Below are positions 50,299 through 63,020 of a DNA stretch of 64,000 bases, in pieces (the stretch's first letter is position 1; every line of letters begins with the position of its first letter). Both the position numbers and the translations under genes were made by a program. Location of the stretch: the NCBI RefSeq assembly GCF_006345805.1, contig NW_021833118.1, forward strand, positions 1 through 64,000. Direction: 5' to 3'. The notes under the pieces are model-generated. The model made no database searches. It saw nothing but the letters and a program-made list of their open reading frames with translations, and was not told the origin of the DNA. The stretch comes from Octopus sinensis (taxonomy: Eukaryota).

Positions 50299-50396
50299 TT
50301 ATAACAAGGAACACCAGAACAACAACAACAAGACCAGGATACAGACGACAGCGATTAGAACTCCAAGTGCCACTCGTACCATGTAGTCGCCTGCAG
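50299..50396 (-). CDS. Right-arm copy of the terminal hydrophobic exon, net -1 frameshift
   Basis: Acceptor TATTTCTTTTCATTTACAG retained. Phase 1 reads AAGDYMVR-VALGVLIAVVCILVLLLLFWCSLL*. Joined to gene B it gives 1960+98=2058 nt (685 aa). The join is inferred. Confidence 0.6.
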
Positions 50397-51087
50397 CTGT
50401 AAATGAAAAGAAATACAATATTGAGTTTATTAGGTAGATACACAAATAGCAAATAATTTAAAAAAAAGACTAGCTGGCCCTGTGCCGTCAAAAATGACGC
50501 CTAATTGTAGTATTTTATATATAAATAAGGTACATAATAATCAGAGATACATATATTCACACACTTTCCTTGTTCACGCAGACGCTTACACAAATATATT
50601 CACACAGAGTTGAAACGGTGTTTGATTTTTCTTTTCAGCGTTGAATGTTTACCATCGCACTTTCATTGCATTCACACACACACACACATACACAAACATA
50701 CACACACACTTCCATGACTTCCTTTTATATACACACACACACATACTCACGCAAAGATGAAACGCTGTTTGATTTTTCTTCACCGTAGGACTTCTATCAT
50801 CCCACTACCAAGTTTGCCCTCACCCCTTCTTTCCTTAATCATCTATCACCCCTTCCCTTCTTATTCATATGTTGCGGCGGAGAAATACACAAGAGTATTA
50901 TTATAGTAGAAGATAAGATACACAACACTCTCTTTACCACTTCCTCTCTTACATTGCTGTTATTTTTTCTCACTCCCTCTCAGTCATGGCTATTACTCTC
51001 CCTATTTCTCCTTCACTGAATTACTATTTTCTCTCCTCTCCCTTCACTTATATTATTCTTTCTCCCACTCCCTTCTGAGGGATTTTG

Positions 51088-51126
<39 letters not shown>

Positions 51127-52778
51127 GATACACTTCGCTCATTATTATATAATGAAATATTTCATAAGTTTATTTATTTATTTCAATAATGCATTTTCTT
51201 GCGAGGAACGAATTCGAACTGCGCATTAAACACCCCAAAAGTAACCTACGAACTTCACCTGTTAGGAATAAGAACAAAGATATATTTTCTGAAATAGCAA
51301 CCAAATCTCCTTGAATTACTCTGTGCCACGTTAAAAAAAATGGGTACATTAAAAAATAATGCGCTTGATTTACTGTATCTGAATATAAACATGTACAGTC
51401 ATGGCTAGAACTTGCAAACCCCTCTATGGTCTAATTTTCATTTCATTTTATTTGTATTGCCTCAGAAAGCGAAACATTCCCAACCTAGTCCACATCTGAA
51501 ATAGTTTGCCGATCCCTACTTTAGGTATATGTAGTAAAAAATAGTAGTAAATCTACTTCTCGAGTCCTATAAACTCATAGGGACGATTTTCCGGTTTCTG
51601 TGGCGTATATATTCCCCGCTTTGACAGGACACCGGTCCGTCGCAGGATTACTCATTTTTCCCAGCTGAGTGTGAAGTGGAGCAAAGTTAAACGAAGTGTT
51701 TTACTCAAGAAAACAACGCGTGACCTGGTCCAGGAATCGGTACTACAATCTTACGATCATGAGGCCAACACCCTAACCACTAAACCACGCACCTCCACAT
51801 GTGTGACCAGAAGATAAAAATATATAAAACTTCAATGGCAGTTGCATTTCAAGAAGTCATTTCCCTCTCACTTATGTAACAATATAATTAAATAATATAT
51901 CTCTATTACGGAAGATCTAATAGCAAAAAATGCCACTAAGACTCTCTAAATATTTAGCACTCTATCCATAAGCCTATTGCTGTAAAAAATACATTTGTTT
52001 CTTCAGTTTCCACATCATCTGACAAAAAATAATTCATGCACACGCAGCTACTGGTACCATTTTAATTTCAATACGTGTTTGTTCTCAGTGTATCACTCCA
52101 TAATTGTGATGACTTCCATTCCAATGATCACTAGTAAGAGTTTATTCGTTTATTATTTGCAACGTTTGTAGTAGTTTTGCTTTCCAAGTTAAGGACGTCA
52201 CTCATGAAACATAGCCGTACATCTGCGATATACATCAGTCAATATTGAATTGCGTTCCTACAACGAATAACTTCCTTGTTGCCAAACTAATACAACACAT
52301 TACACTGAGAATCCTCCAGAAACAAAATTAATTCACTTAATCCAAAGAGAACAACTAGTAACACATTAGTTTGTCATTGATTTTCGTTTTTCATTCACGT
52401 AATCTGCTAGGAAATCCACAATAGATTTACGTATACAGTTTGAATAATAACATAGTAATACGAAATATAGTTTTAGCAACAACGATGATCAACCACCACC
52501 ACAATCACCACCACCAGCACTGCCACGATGGAAAACATTGCTCGAACATCAGGATTCTTTTCTCTCCACACAATCATTTTCTAAATTGGTCAAGAGTAAA
52601 GGACTGCAACTCTTTACGAACAGGTATTCATCCTAATTTACGAAATGAACTTACGTTGTTTCCTTTATTGTATGTGCGTCCGTGTCCTGATGGCAAAACT
52701 AAAGAAATACCTGGAAAAAGTAATCACCTTTAAAATTCCCGGAGAATCTCATCTTCGTTTGCAGTTGATAGCAGAAAA

Positions 52779-53757
52779 CAAAATTTAAAAACTGTTCCTC
52801 AAACTTTCCAGACCGGAAAGGCGGTACATCCTGATAATTAGATTCTAAGTCACCAAAAGTTAAACATGGTTTATCACTTCTATAGGGATCATAAAGAAAG
52901 GGACAGTTGAGTAAAGTGCAGTTCTTTTGTTGTATGCAGTCAGAAACTGTGGAGTTAGGTTCTTCGACCGGTGCACCCTTATATCGAAGAATTGCTTCAA
53001 ATGTATTATTTTTGTCTATTTGCATTGTCTGTCCGCGGATCCAGTAATTTCTGACAGAGTTATTTGCATGTATTGTGAAGTCAAATCTCTCACCGGGGTT
53101 GATGATAAAGTAATCAACAGGTGTTTTGTTTTTATGTCAAAACCATCAGAGGCAATGACTACCATCTGGTGACCATCAATAGATACTTCAAATGGATACA
53201 GAGCCCCTGCAGCGATCACTCTAAAACGATATTCTTTACCTGTTTCTACTTCAAAGACAGTCAGTGGAGCCCCATTATGTTTCCCTGACTCATCATAATA
53301 ACGGCCCCGACCATTCACAGTTCCGGAATTGAACTGAAAGAGACTAAAAAGCCCTCCTTCAAGAGAACTGGTAATACCAACCTTTTGGTTATTCACATAA
53401 AGTCCCATGCTAACTTTTAAAAAACTCATATCGGAATCCCAGTCATGATTGTAGTCTGAGATTACCATTACATGTTCTTCCATTTTACGTTTTGTCTTTT
53501 CGTGTAGTATCAAACCGCCAAATAGTCCCATCGTACGTTGTGTCCCAAGATGAGAATGGTACCAAAATGTTCCAGTTTGTGTAACATTAAATTCATATCT
53601 GAACGTCTGACCTAGTTGAATTGGACACTGTGTAACCCAAGGTACACCATCCATATGTGATGTTTCTCTTTGATGCAAGCCGTGCCAATGTATTGTTATA
53701 GATTCTGAAAATAATTGGTTTTCTACTTCAATGATGACTCTTTGTTCTTTATAAACT
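52779..53757 (-). pseudogene. Multicopper oxidase copy C, truncated at both ends and frameshifted
   Basis: Starts at VYKEQRVIIEVEN, keeps HWHG and WYHSH, has a +2 shift near 53125-53135, and ends at FLNF fused to intron sequence. Lacks the signal peptide and domain 3 Cu ligands. Closer to A than to B. Confidence 0.85.
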
Positions 53758-53957
53758 GGATCTCGAAGCACGTAAATGCTATAAATAACAAAATTTCGAT
53801 ATTGTGTTCAAAAATACATTTGGATACAAAAATTCGAAAGCTGTCTGTGGGATCCGAACCCACATCTCCATTTATGTCTTTCGAGGTCAAGTTCGCAAAA
53901 AAGAATTATTTCACGTTCTTTCGAAATTTTATCGAATTCTTACATGAAAAATATATA

Positions 53958-54178
53958 TATTTCTTTACTGCCCACAAGGGGCTAAACACAGAGGGGACAA
54001 ACAAGGACAGACAAAGGGATTAAGTCGACTACATCGACCCCAGTGCGTAACTGGTACTTAATTTATCGACCCCGAAAGGATGAAAGGCAAAGTCGACCTC
54101 GGCGGAATTTGAACTCGGAACGTAACGACAGACGAATTTCGCCCGGCGTGCTAACGTTTCTATCAGCTCGCCGCCTTA
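53958..54178 (-). mobile_element. Full-length SINE with 16 bp TSD (one mismatch)
   Basis: Near-identical to 6958-7187. ACATGAAAAATATATA at 53942-53957 and ACATGAACAATATATA at 54179-54194. Confidence 0.9.
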
Positions 54179-54542
54179 ACATGAACAATATATAAATTTA
54201 TGTGTAGGTGTAAGTGTATGTGTGTCTGTATATGCGCCTTAGCATTTGTCTCCTATCAGACAACCGGAGTTGGTTTGTTTATGTTCCTTTAACTCAGTGG
54301 TTCAACAAAGCCGACAGATAGAATTAGTACCAGGATTAAAAATGAGTGCTAGTATTGATTTGTTTGACTAAATCCTTCAAAGCGGTGATTCAGCATGGCT
54401 GTATTCCAATGAATGAAACATGAAAAAGATAAAAGACAACGATATAAAAAAAAGACAAAAAAAGAAAGAAAAGAAAGAAAGAAAGAAAAGAAACGAGATT
54501 GCTGAGAAACGATAAAATAAGTTATTGAAAACTATTCCTTAC

Positions 54543-56502
54543 CGTGTTCTGAAGTATTTTTATCACCAACACCTTTTGTTTCTTCATTATAAACTCCTTT
54601 CTCGAAACTTCGACATGCAGGGAAATTGACAGGGATTTTTGGTAAGTGGGCAAAAGATTCATTTAGAACCATTGCCATTCCGTCCTTACTGTGTAATTCA
54701 ATATGGCAGTGCATGATCCATACTCCAGGATTATCGGCCACTATTCTCACTACAACGTATCCACCTGTAGGGACCATAATTGTATCCTTTTGAGGGGGGG
54801 TTCGTAAATTCATTCCGGGGATGTTGTCTCCTTCCCAGTTGCTATTTGACCAAACCGCATCATTACAATAGTTCATTTTCGGATCACCTCTGCAATCAAT
54901 ATCTACAGTATCATTTATTATTTCTCCCGTTGTTTCATTGTATTTTGGAAACCCCATTTTAACTACATAAAATGAATGTCCATGCATGTGTATAGGGTGG
55001 GAGAACCCTTTACCTTTTCCAAGATTTGTCATTACAACTTGAATTGTATCACGATATTTCAGGTTTATAGAATAAGTACACCGACACACTTTATCAACAC
55101 CGCAGTTGGCATTATCACACAGACTATCTATTTCTTTTGGTTGTGTTAAAGGGTTTACCGTGGGTTCCACGAACACACGACCATTTACTGATGCTGGTGT
55201 GTATCCTGGCTCGCCAGGAAAAGCAAAATTTAAAAAATATTCCTCAAACCTCCCAGACTTGTATGGAGGTACAACAACAGGGTAATCAAGTTCCAAGTCA
55301 TTAAACTGTAAACACCGTTTATTACTTTTCTCGGGATAATAAAGAAAGGGGCAGTTGAGTAAAGTGCAGTCCTTTTGTTGAACGCAGTCAGAAACCGTGG
55401 AGTTGGGTTCTTCGTCCAGTGCACCCTTATAACGAAGAATTGCTTCAAATGTATTATTTTTTTCAATTTCCATTGTTTTTCCACGAATCCAATAATTTCC
55501 GACAGAGTTATTTGCCTTCAATATAAAGTCAAATCTCTCACCCGGACTGAGGATGAAATAATCAACAGCTGTTGGTTTTAGGTCAAAACCATCAGAGGCA
55601 ACGACTACCATCTGGTGACCATCAACAGACACTTCAAACGGGTAAAGGTACCCTGCAGCGATCACTCTAAAACGATACTCTTTACCTTGTTCTACTTCAA
55701 AGACAGTCAGTGGAGCCCCATTATGTTTCCCTGTTTCATCATAATAACGGCCTCGACCATTCACAATACCAGAATGGAAATTAAAAAGACTAAAATGTGC
55801 CCCATCTAGAGATTTGGAACTGCCAATGTTTTTACGGTTCCAATAGAATCCGAATTTCATTTTTAAGTAACTCACATCGGAGTCCCAGTTATGGTTGTAG
55901 TCTTTTATTAACATCACATGTTCTTCCATTTTACGTTTTGTCTTTTCGTGTATTATAAAACCACCAAATAGTCCCATCGTACGTTGTGTCCCAAGATGAG
56001 AATGGTACCAATAAGTTCCAGTTTGTGTAACATTAAATTCATATCTGAACGACTGACCTGGTTGAACTGGACACTGTGAAACCCAAGGTACGCCATCCAT
56101 ATGAGGTGTTCCTTTTTGATGAATGCCGTGCCAATGTATTGTTGTAGATTCTGAAAATAATCGGTTTTCTACTTCAATGATGACTCTTTGTCCTTTATAA
56201 ACTTCTATTGTTGGTCCAGGAACTGTGCCATTAACTGCAATCACCTTAACTGACTCAGAGAAACCATCCATCGTAATGACTTTATCAGTTGGTATCGGTT
56301 GAGCATTTGTAAAATTAGTGACGTCATATTTGTAGAGTTTTCCATTATGGGGTAGTACCAAGATCTTATTGTATAGCATAGTTAATTTATAGGAAATTAC
56401 CAGCTTAAACTCACACACGTCGTCTTCCATACGACAACCATGAGAATAAACTAATGGTGATAAGAGCCCTAGGAGGAATACAATTATGTTGAAGTGAATC
56501 AT
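54543..56502 (-). CDS. Multicopper oxidase (laccase-like) gene B, large coding exon
   Basis: ATG at 56502, 24 nt after the same acceptor as A. Signal peptide and all four Cu motifs (HWHG, WYHSH, HPIHMHG, HCHIELHSKDGM) are intact. Phase-1 donor G|GTAAGG at 54542. Confidence 0.92.
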
Positions 56503-57564
56503 AGTTGAACCAGTGTGTGCTGATATCTGAAATAACAAAATGAGAAACAATGAAATCAAAGACGATGTGACAATTAAATCACGAAATATTTGTAAATTTT
56601 CAAGACAAAGGAATACAGACATATCAAAGAGAAGAAATGAAAATAAAACTCTGTGTGACAGGCAGACGACAGGGAGATCAAAATTGTTTTGTTAGTAGGA
56701 CATTTCAGCTGGAACAAATTTTTATCAGAAATTGTTAGAAACTTAACAATTTCTGGTTACAGTCGTTTTTTCCTCTGTCCTTTATAGCTTACGAGATGAT
56801 CTTTGTCAACAGTTGGTGACATAGTATCATAAGTTAGAAGTGGGGAATATTTTAAGCGTGTCTGTCAAACCAGAAGTGCTGCTTCAAGTACTTTATCGCC
56901 TAAACGTGATCAGTATGGTCCAGAGGATACTAGTTTGTACATAATAGTGTTCTTATTCATTCGTTTTATAGTACTTGTCATGCTTACGTTACACAATATT
57001 CTATTGGTTGGCAATATACAAGTTAGTTAAAGATACATCGGAGTGGTTGTGTGGTGATTGTAGATAGAACTAAATTTGATGTTTCTCACAGATATTTACT
57101 AATTAGAAGACTAGTAAATACAGTAAATAACTTACTAAATGTAGAGTGTAATAGAGTTAAGAAATATCTTCCAACACATGAATCATTAATCAAAGCCAAG
57201 TGTTTCCTACAAAAGTCTTAATATGATGTAACCTCTATCCTGTTCCCGATTAACAAGAAACAATAGCAGCTCAGTCTAAACTTAAAGTCATTGTACACAT
57301 TAAATATTGCAGCTGATGTAATACTTGTTGTTAAAGACAATAAAGATGCGATAGGCATGCCTGTGATATCATTGATTATATCGGCAGAACCAAAAGTGAG
57401 AAAACATCCTATACTGATAATGTGAGCGGGGGGCTAGCATTAGATAACATTAGATACATAAATTCCCTATCTTTTCTCAATAAAATCTGTGATTCTACAC
57501 GCAAATGTACGTTTAAAAGTGTAGAAATGTGCGTATGCGTGAGAGTTTGTATTTGCAAGTGTAT

Positions 57565-57642
<78 letters not shown>

Positions 57643-58018
57643 ATGTATGTATGTATGTATATATGTATGTATGTATATATGTATGTATGTATATATGTAT
57701 GTATGTATATATGTATGTATGTATATATGTATTATTTATATAATAATATACTCTCCGTTTAGACCGATGAAACCTAAACAATTAACCGAAAAAAGAGGGA
57801 CCGCCGAACCACTGCGATTTGAAAACGACATCAATGCTTACATGGCTCCGTACACACCCAATTCAGTCACATAGCCCACTCATCAATTTCATCAATTTAA
57901 TGTATAGATAATGTTAGCCTTTGTAAACAAACCCGAAGGCTGTAAATTACGGAGAAGAGAGACACACATGGGTCCTTTTTAATAATAACTGTAATTATAT
58001 ATCATTTATATAATAATA

Positions 58019-58413
58019 CTAGCAGTATCGCCCGGCTTTGCCGGGGTTTGTAAGGGAAATAACTATATAAGCATTTTTAGAGATGTAAAGTATAATAGCC
58101 ATCTCAATATGGCTAATCACAAAGGGGGGTGTTACTGTAGCTTTTTACAATCTGAGATTTAATAATACATTTTTAAAGAGTTATTTCCCTTATATAATAG
58201 CAAAAAATGCATTAAAAATGGGAAAAAAGGATGGTAAATTGTTTTTAAAAATCGTACACTCATCGTAGACGCGCGCTAATACCCAGAAGGGCTCGATATG
58301 AATCACGACTATAAGATACCCGCTTTTAGTTACACTGCATCACAAAATGTGGGAGTAGTTAGGAATCTAAATCGTAGGAGAGAGACACACAACTTCACTT
58401 TTATATATAAAGA
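58019..58413 (-). mobile_element. Non-autonomous Helitron, right arm only, with empty site in the left arm
   Basis: Minus strand GAGCATA|TCTTTATATATAAA..CCCGGCAAAGCCGGG..CTAG|TATTATTATATAAATG. The left arm reads GAGCATA-TATTATTATATAAATG at ~22620-22642, so an A|T insertion with no TSD. Confidence 0.9.
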
Positions 58414-58671
58414 TATGCTCCATTTAGAGATATTAAACCTAAACAAGCGACCGAAAAAAGGGCAATGTGGGCTTTGTGGCTGAATTGGGTGCGTCCGGAA
58501 CCGTGTAAGCATTGATGTGTTCAATTCGCAGTGGTTCGGCCCATCTTTTTTTTGGTCAATTGCTTAGGTATAGTCGCACTAAATGGACCATATATGAATA
58601 ATATATAATTACAGTTACTATTTAAAAAGACCTATGTGTGTCGCTGTTCTCCGTAACATCGGGTTTGTTCA

Positions 58672-58705
<34 letters not shown>

Positions 58706-59352
58706 CATACATATATGAATAAGTACATGCATATGTGTGTATGTCTCAGACAAATGAAATTTTATGTATTTCAATTAAACGTCTAACATATAAAGTCTAT
58801 CATACAGAGACAGAAGACAGGCAAACAGGCAGATATACAGACAGATATGTACATACCTACCCGCCCACATACATACATGCAGGCATACATACATACATAC
58901 ATGCATACATGCATACATACATGCATACATACATACATACATACATACATGCATACATGCATACATACATACATACATACATACATACATACATACATAC
59001 ATACATACATACATGCATACATACATACATACATACATGCATGCATACATACATACACACATACATACATACATACATACATACGCGAGCAAAAAAAACA
59101 ATGGCATCAAAGATCAACAGGACATCGGTACAACTTAGGGAACATTTATTATGCGAGCGACATTTCGTCTGTCTTAACATTTTGAGTCCAAATACTGCTT
59201 ATGTTGACTTTGCCTTCCATCCTTTCGGAGTCGTTAAATTAAGTACCATTTGAACACTGAGGTCTTCCCCAAAATTGCTGGCCTTGTTTCAAAATTCGAA
59301 ATAATAATAATAATGATAATAATAATAATAATAATAATAATTATTATTATTA

Positions 59353-59427
<75 letters not shown>

Positions 59428-59625
59428 TAATAATAATAATAATAATGATGATAATAATAATATTGATAATAATCATAATAATAATAATAAGAAGAAGAAG
59501 AAGAAGAATGATAATAATAATAATATAATAATAATAATTAATAATAATAAATAATAATAATGATAATAATAATAATAATAATAATAAGAAGAAGAAGAAG
59601 AGGAAGACGAAGAAGAATGATAAAA

Positions 59626-59668
<43 letters not shown>

Positions 59669-59677
59669 TTAATAATG

Positions 59678-59708
<31 letters not shown>

Positions 59709-59934
59709 TAATAATAATAATAATGATAATAATAATATAATAATAATAATAAGAAGAAGAAGAAGAAGAAGAAGAAGAGAATGATAAAAATAATAATAAT
59801 AATAATAATGATAATAATAATAATAATAATGATGATAATAATAATAATAATATTAATGATAATAATAATGATAATAATAATATAATCTAATAATAATAAT
59901 AATAATAATAATAATGATAATAATAATAATAATG

Positions 59935-59965
<31 letters not shown>

Positions 59966-60055
59966 TAATAATAATAATAATAATAATAATGATAATAATA
60001 ATAATAATAATAATAATGATATTAATAATAATAATAATAATAATGATAATAATGA

Positions 60056-60092
<37 letters not shown>

Positions 60093-60164
60093 GATAATAA
60101 TAATAATAATATAATAATAATATGATAATAATAAAATAATAATAATATAATAATAATAATAATG

Positions 60165-60218
<54 letters not shown>

Positions 60219-60231
60219 TATAATAATAATA

Positions 60232-60272
<41 letters not shown>

Positions 60273-60274
<2 letters not shown>

Positions 60275-60560
60275 CCTGGCTTACCATCCCTGCAAGAAGT
60301 GCACCCTGGCTTACCATCCCTGCAAGAAGTGCAAAAGATTGTCTTAACTGGTACATCACACGTATTGAGAAGAGCATTGTCGATGTGAGAACTGTTGCTG
60401 CTCATGTATTTTAATTTAACTTAAATAAAAAAAAAAATTAACGAACTACTGTGTTTGGTTTAATGGCCTACCAATGTATTCTATGAGTTTCTTTGCCCTA
60501 GGAGTCGGGAAGACACTCGGCAAGAAATCGAAGCAAATTTGAAAGAAGAAAAAAAAAGTA
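60273..60560 (+). mobile_element. R4/Dong 3' end inserted in (TAA)n, with a 30 bp tandem duplication at its 5' junction
   Basis: PGLPSLQEVQKIVLTGTSHVLRRALSM* followed by a 3' UTR. ACCCTGGCTTACCATCCCTGCAAGAAGTGC occurs twice (60273-60332). Confidence 0.75.
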
Positions 60561-60738
60561 ATAATAATAATAATAATAATAATGATAATAATAAAATAAT
60601 AATAATAATAATAATAATATAATAATAATAATAATGAATAATATTAATAATATATAATAATAATAATAATATAATAATAATAATAATAATAATAATATAA
60701 TAATAATGATAATAATGATAATAATAATAATAATAATG

Positions 60739-60769
<31 letters not shown>

Positions 60770-60814
60770 TAATAATATTAATAATATAATAATAATAATA
60801 ATGATAATAATAAT

Positions 60815-60851
<37 letters not shown>

Positions 60852-60934
60852 TAATAATAACAACAATGGCAATAATAATAATAATAATAATGATAATAAT
60901 AATAATAATAAGAAGAAGAAGAAGAACAATAATG

Positions 60935-60979
<45 letters not shown>

Positions 60980-61038
60980 TAATATTAATAATAATAATAA
61001 TAAAATAATAATAATAATAATAATAATGATAATAATAA

Positions 61039-61085
<47 letters not shown>

Positions 61086-61196
61086 TAATAATAACAATAA
61101 TAATACTAATCATAATAATAATAATAATGATAATAATAATAATAATAATAATGATAATAATAATAAATAATAATAATAATATTAATAATAATAATG

Positions 61197-61227
<31 letters not shown>

Positions 61228-61279
61228 TAATATAATAATAATAATAATGATAATAATAAAATAATAATAATAATAAGAA

Positions 61280-61311
<32 letters not shown>

Positions 61312-61326
61312 CTAATAATAATAATG

Positions 61327-61359
<33 letters not shown>

Positions 61360-61387
61360 TATAATAATAATAATAATAATAAATAAA

Positions 61388-62113
61388 GCCTCCCCACCAG
61401 AAATTACCAAAAACATGTAATGAAAGAAATATTACAAGTAACTGCAGAATATGTGGAGATGGACAAGAAACAATAAATCATATTATCTCTAGCTGCCCAG
61501 TCCTGGCTAAGAAGGAATATATTCACAGACATGACAGAGTTGGAACCTACATACATTGGAAGCTATGCCAACATTATGGAATAACAACAGAAAAAAGATG
61601 GTATAGGCACACACCAGAAAAGGTCACAGAAAACGAGAAAGCAACCATACTCTGGGATATGCCGATACACACAGATAGAGAAATTAAGGCCAACAGACCA
61701 GATATAGTTGTCAGAGATCATGAAGAAAAAAATGCTTTTTAATTGATGTATCAATACCGGCAGATGTCAACGTGTCTCTAAAAGAAATGGAGAAACTCTC
61801 AAAATACAAAGACCTGGAAATAGAGGTAACTAGAATGTGGAATCTGAAAACAGAAACAATTCCTATCATAGTAGGTGCATTAGGCATGATAAAAAAATAT
61901 TCAGACAAATACATAACAAAAACACCAGGACTTACAAACACATATAACATACAGAAAATTGCACTACTAGGCACTGCCCACATCCTACGCAGAACACTTT
62001 CCATACAATAACCATCAGAGCATCACAACAAATCACAGCACATACCCAAGGCACACAGAGCTGCGCTCGGTAGTGAAGTGAAAGCACGCTATAAAATAAA
62101 AATAAAACTACTG
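61388..62113 (+). mobile_element. R4/Dong 3' fragment (CCHC plus restriction-like endonuclease) inserted in (TAA)n
   Basis: CRICGDGQETINHIISSC, RHDRVGTYIHWKLC, ILWDMPIHTD..ANRPDIVV, then EKLSKYKDLEIEVTRMW..LLGTAHILRR. One frameshift. (AAT)n on both sides. Confidence 0.85.
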
Positions 62114-62266
62114 AATAATAATAATAATAATAAATAATAATATAATATAATAATAAGATATAATAATATAATAAATAATAATAATAATATAATAATATAA
62201 AATAATAATATAATATAATAATAATATGATAATAATAATAATAATGATAATATAATAATAATAATG

Positions 62267-62347
<81 letters not shown>

Positions 62348-62536
62348 GTAATAATAATGATAATAATTTATAATAATAATAATAATTATTATTATTATTA
62401 TTATTATAATACTACTACTACTACTACTAATAATAATATAATAAATGATTAATAATAATAATAATAATAATAATAAAAATAATAATAATAATAATATAAT
62501 AATAATTATCATAATAATTATAATAAAAATAATATG

Positions 62537-62569
<33 letters not shown>

Positions 62570-62606
62570 AAATTATTATTATTAACATTATTATTATATT
62601 ATTATT

Positions 62607-62945
62607 ACTGAGTGAGCGAGCGGAGCATGCCATCAAAGTGACACTGGGGTAAAATATACGAAGCCCAGTATACCCATCATGACTACTCGTCTGATATGGG
62701 TACACCAGGCACATGCATCACAACCATATGTGCGCGACATGGTGATCTCATATCAACATAAACAGCACATGACCTTGCAGGTGGAGCCCAGTTAGAATTT
62801 TCTTCAGATCGAGTAACCCATCCCGCTCAAAAGGTCCCTGAATAAGGGTTGTTTAAGGACGTTGAACAAAACACCCATGTTTCCAGAGGTGAATTATTCA
62901 AACCCCAAAGAATCCTTCTCAACACATGGCTATGATGCTCCCCCA
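62607..62945 (-). mobile_element. Mirror copy of the (TAA)n-flanked repeat at 20769-21106
   Basis: Reverse-complement match, including the same 5' truncation point. Confidence 0.85.
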
Positions 62946-62983
62946 TTATTATTATTATTATTATTATAATAATAATAATAATA

Positions 62984-63020
<37 letters not shown>

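Larger units (their letters stand above)
59300..62607. repeat. Expanded (AAT)n/(GAT)/(GAA) microsatellite tract containing two LINE fragments
   Basis: About 3.3 kb here versus about 260 bp at the mirror position 21106-21365. Confidence 0.9.

Noticed and set aside
26359-52733. Identical short ORFs present twice (97, 62, 85, 74 and 61 aa pairs)
   Set aside because: The identity reflects the palindrome arms. There are no domains or splice support, so it is not evidence of protein conservation.
40708-52783. Palindrome as a simple sequencing fold-back chimera
   Set aside because: The arms carry distinct TE insertions with an exact empty site, reciprocal deletions and different genes. A haplotype mis-join remains open and is listed as the refuting test.
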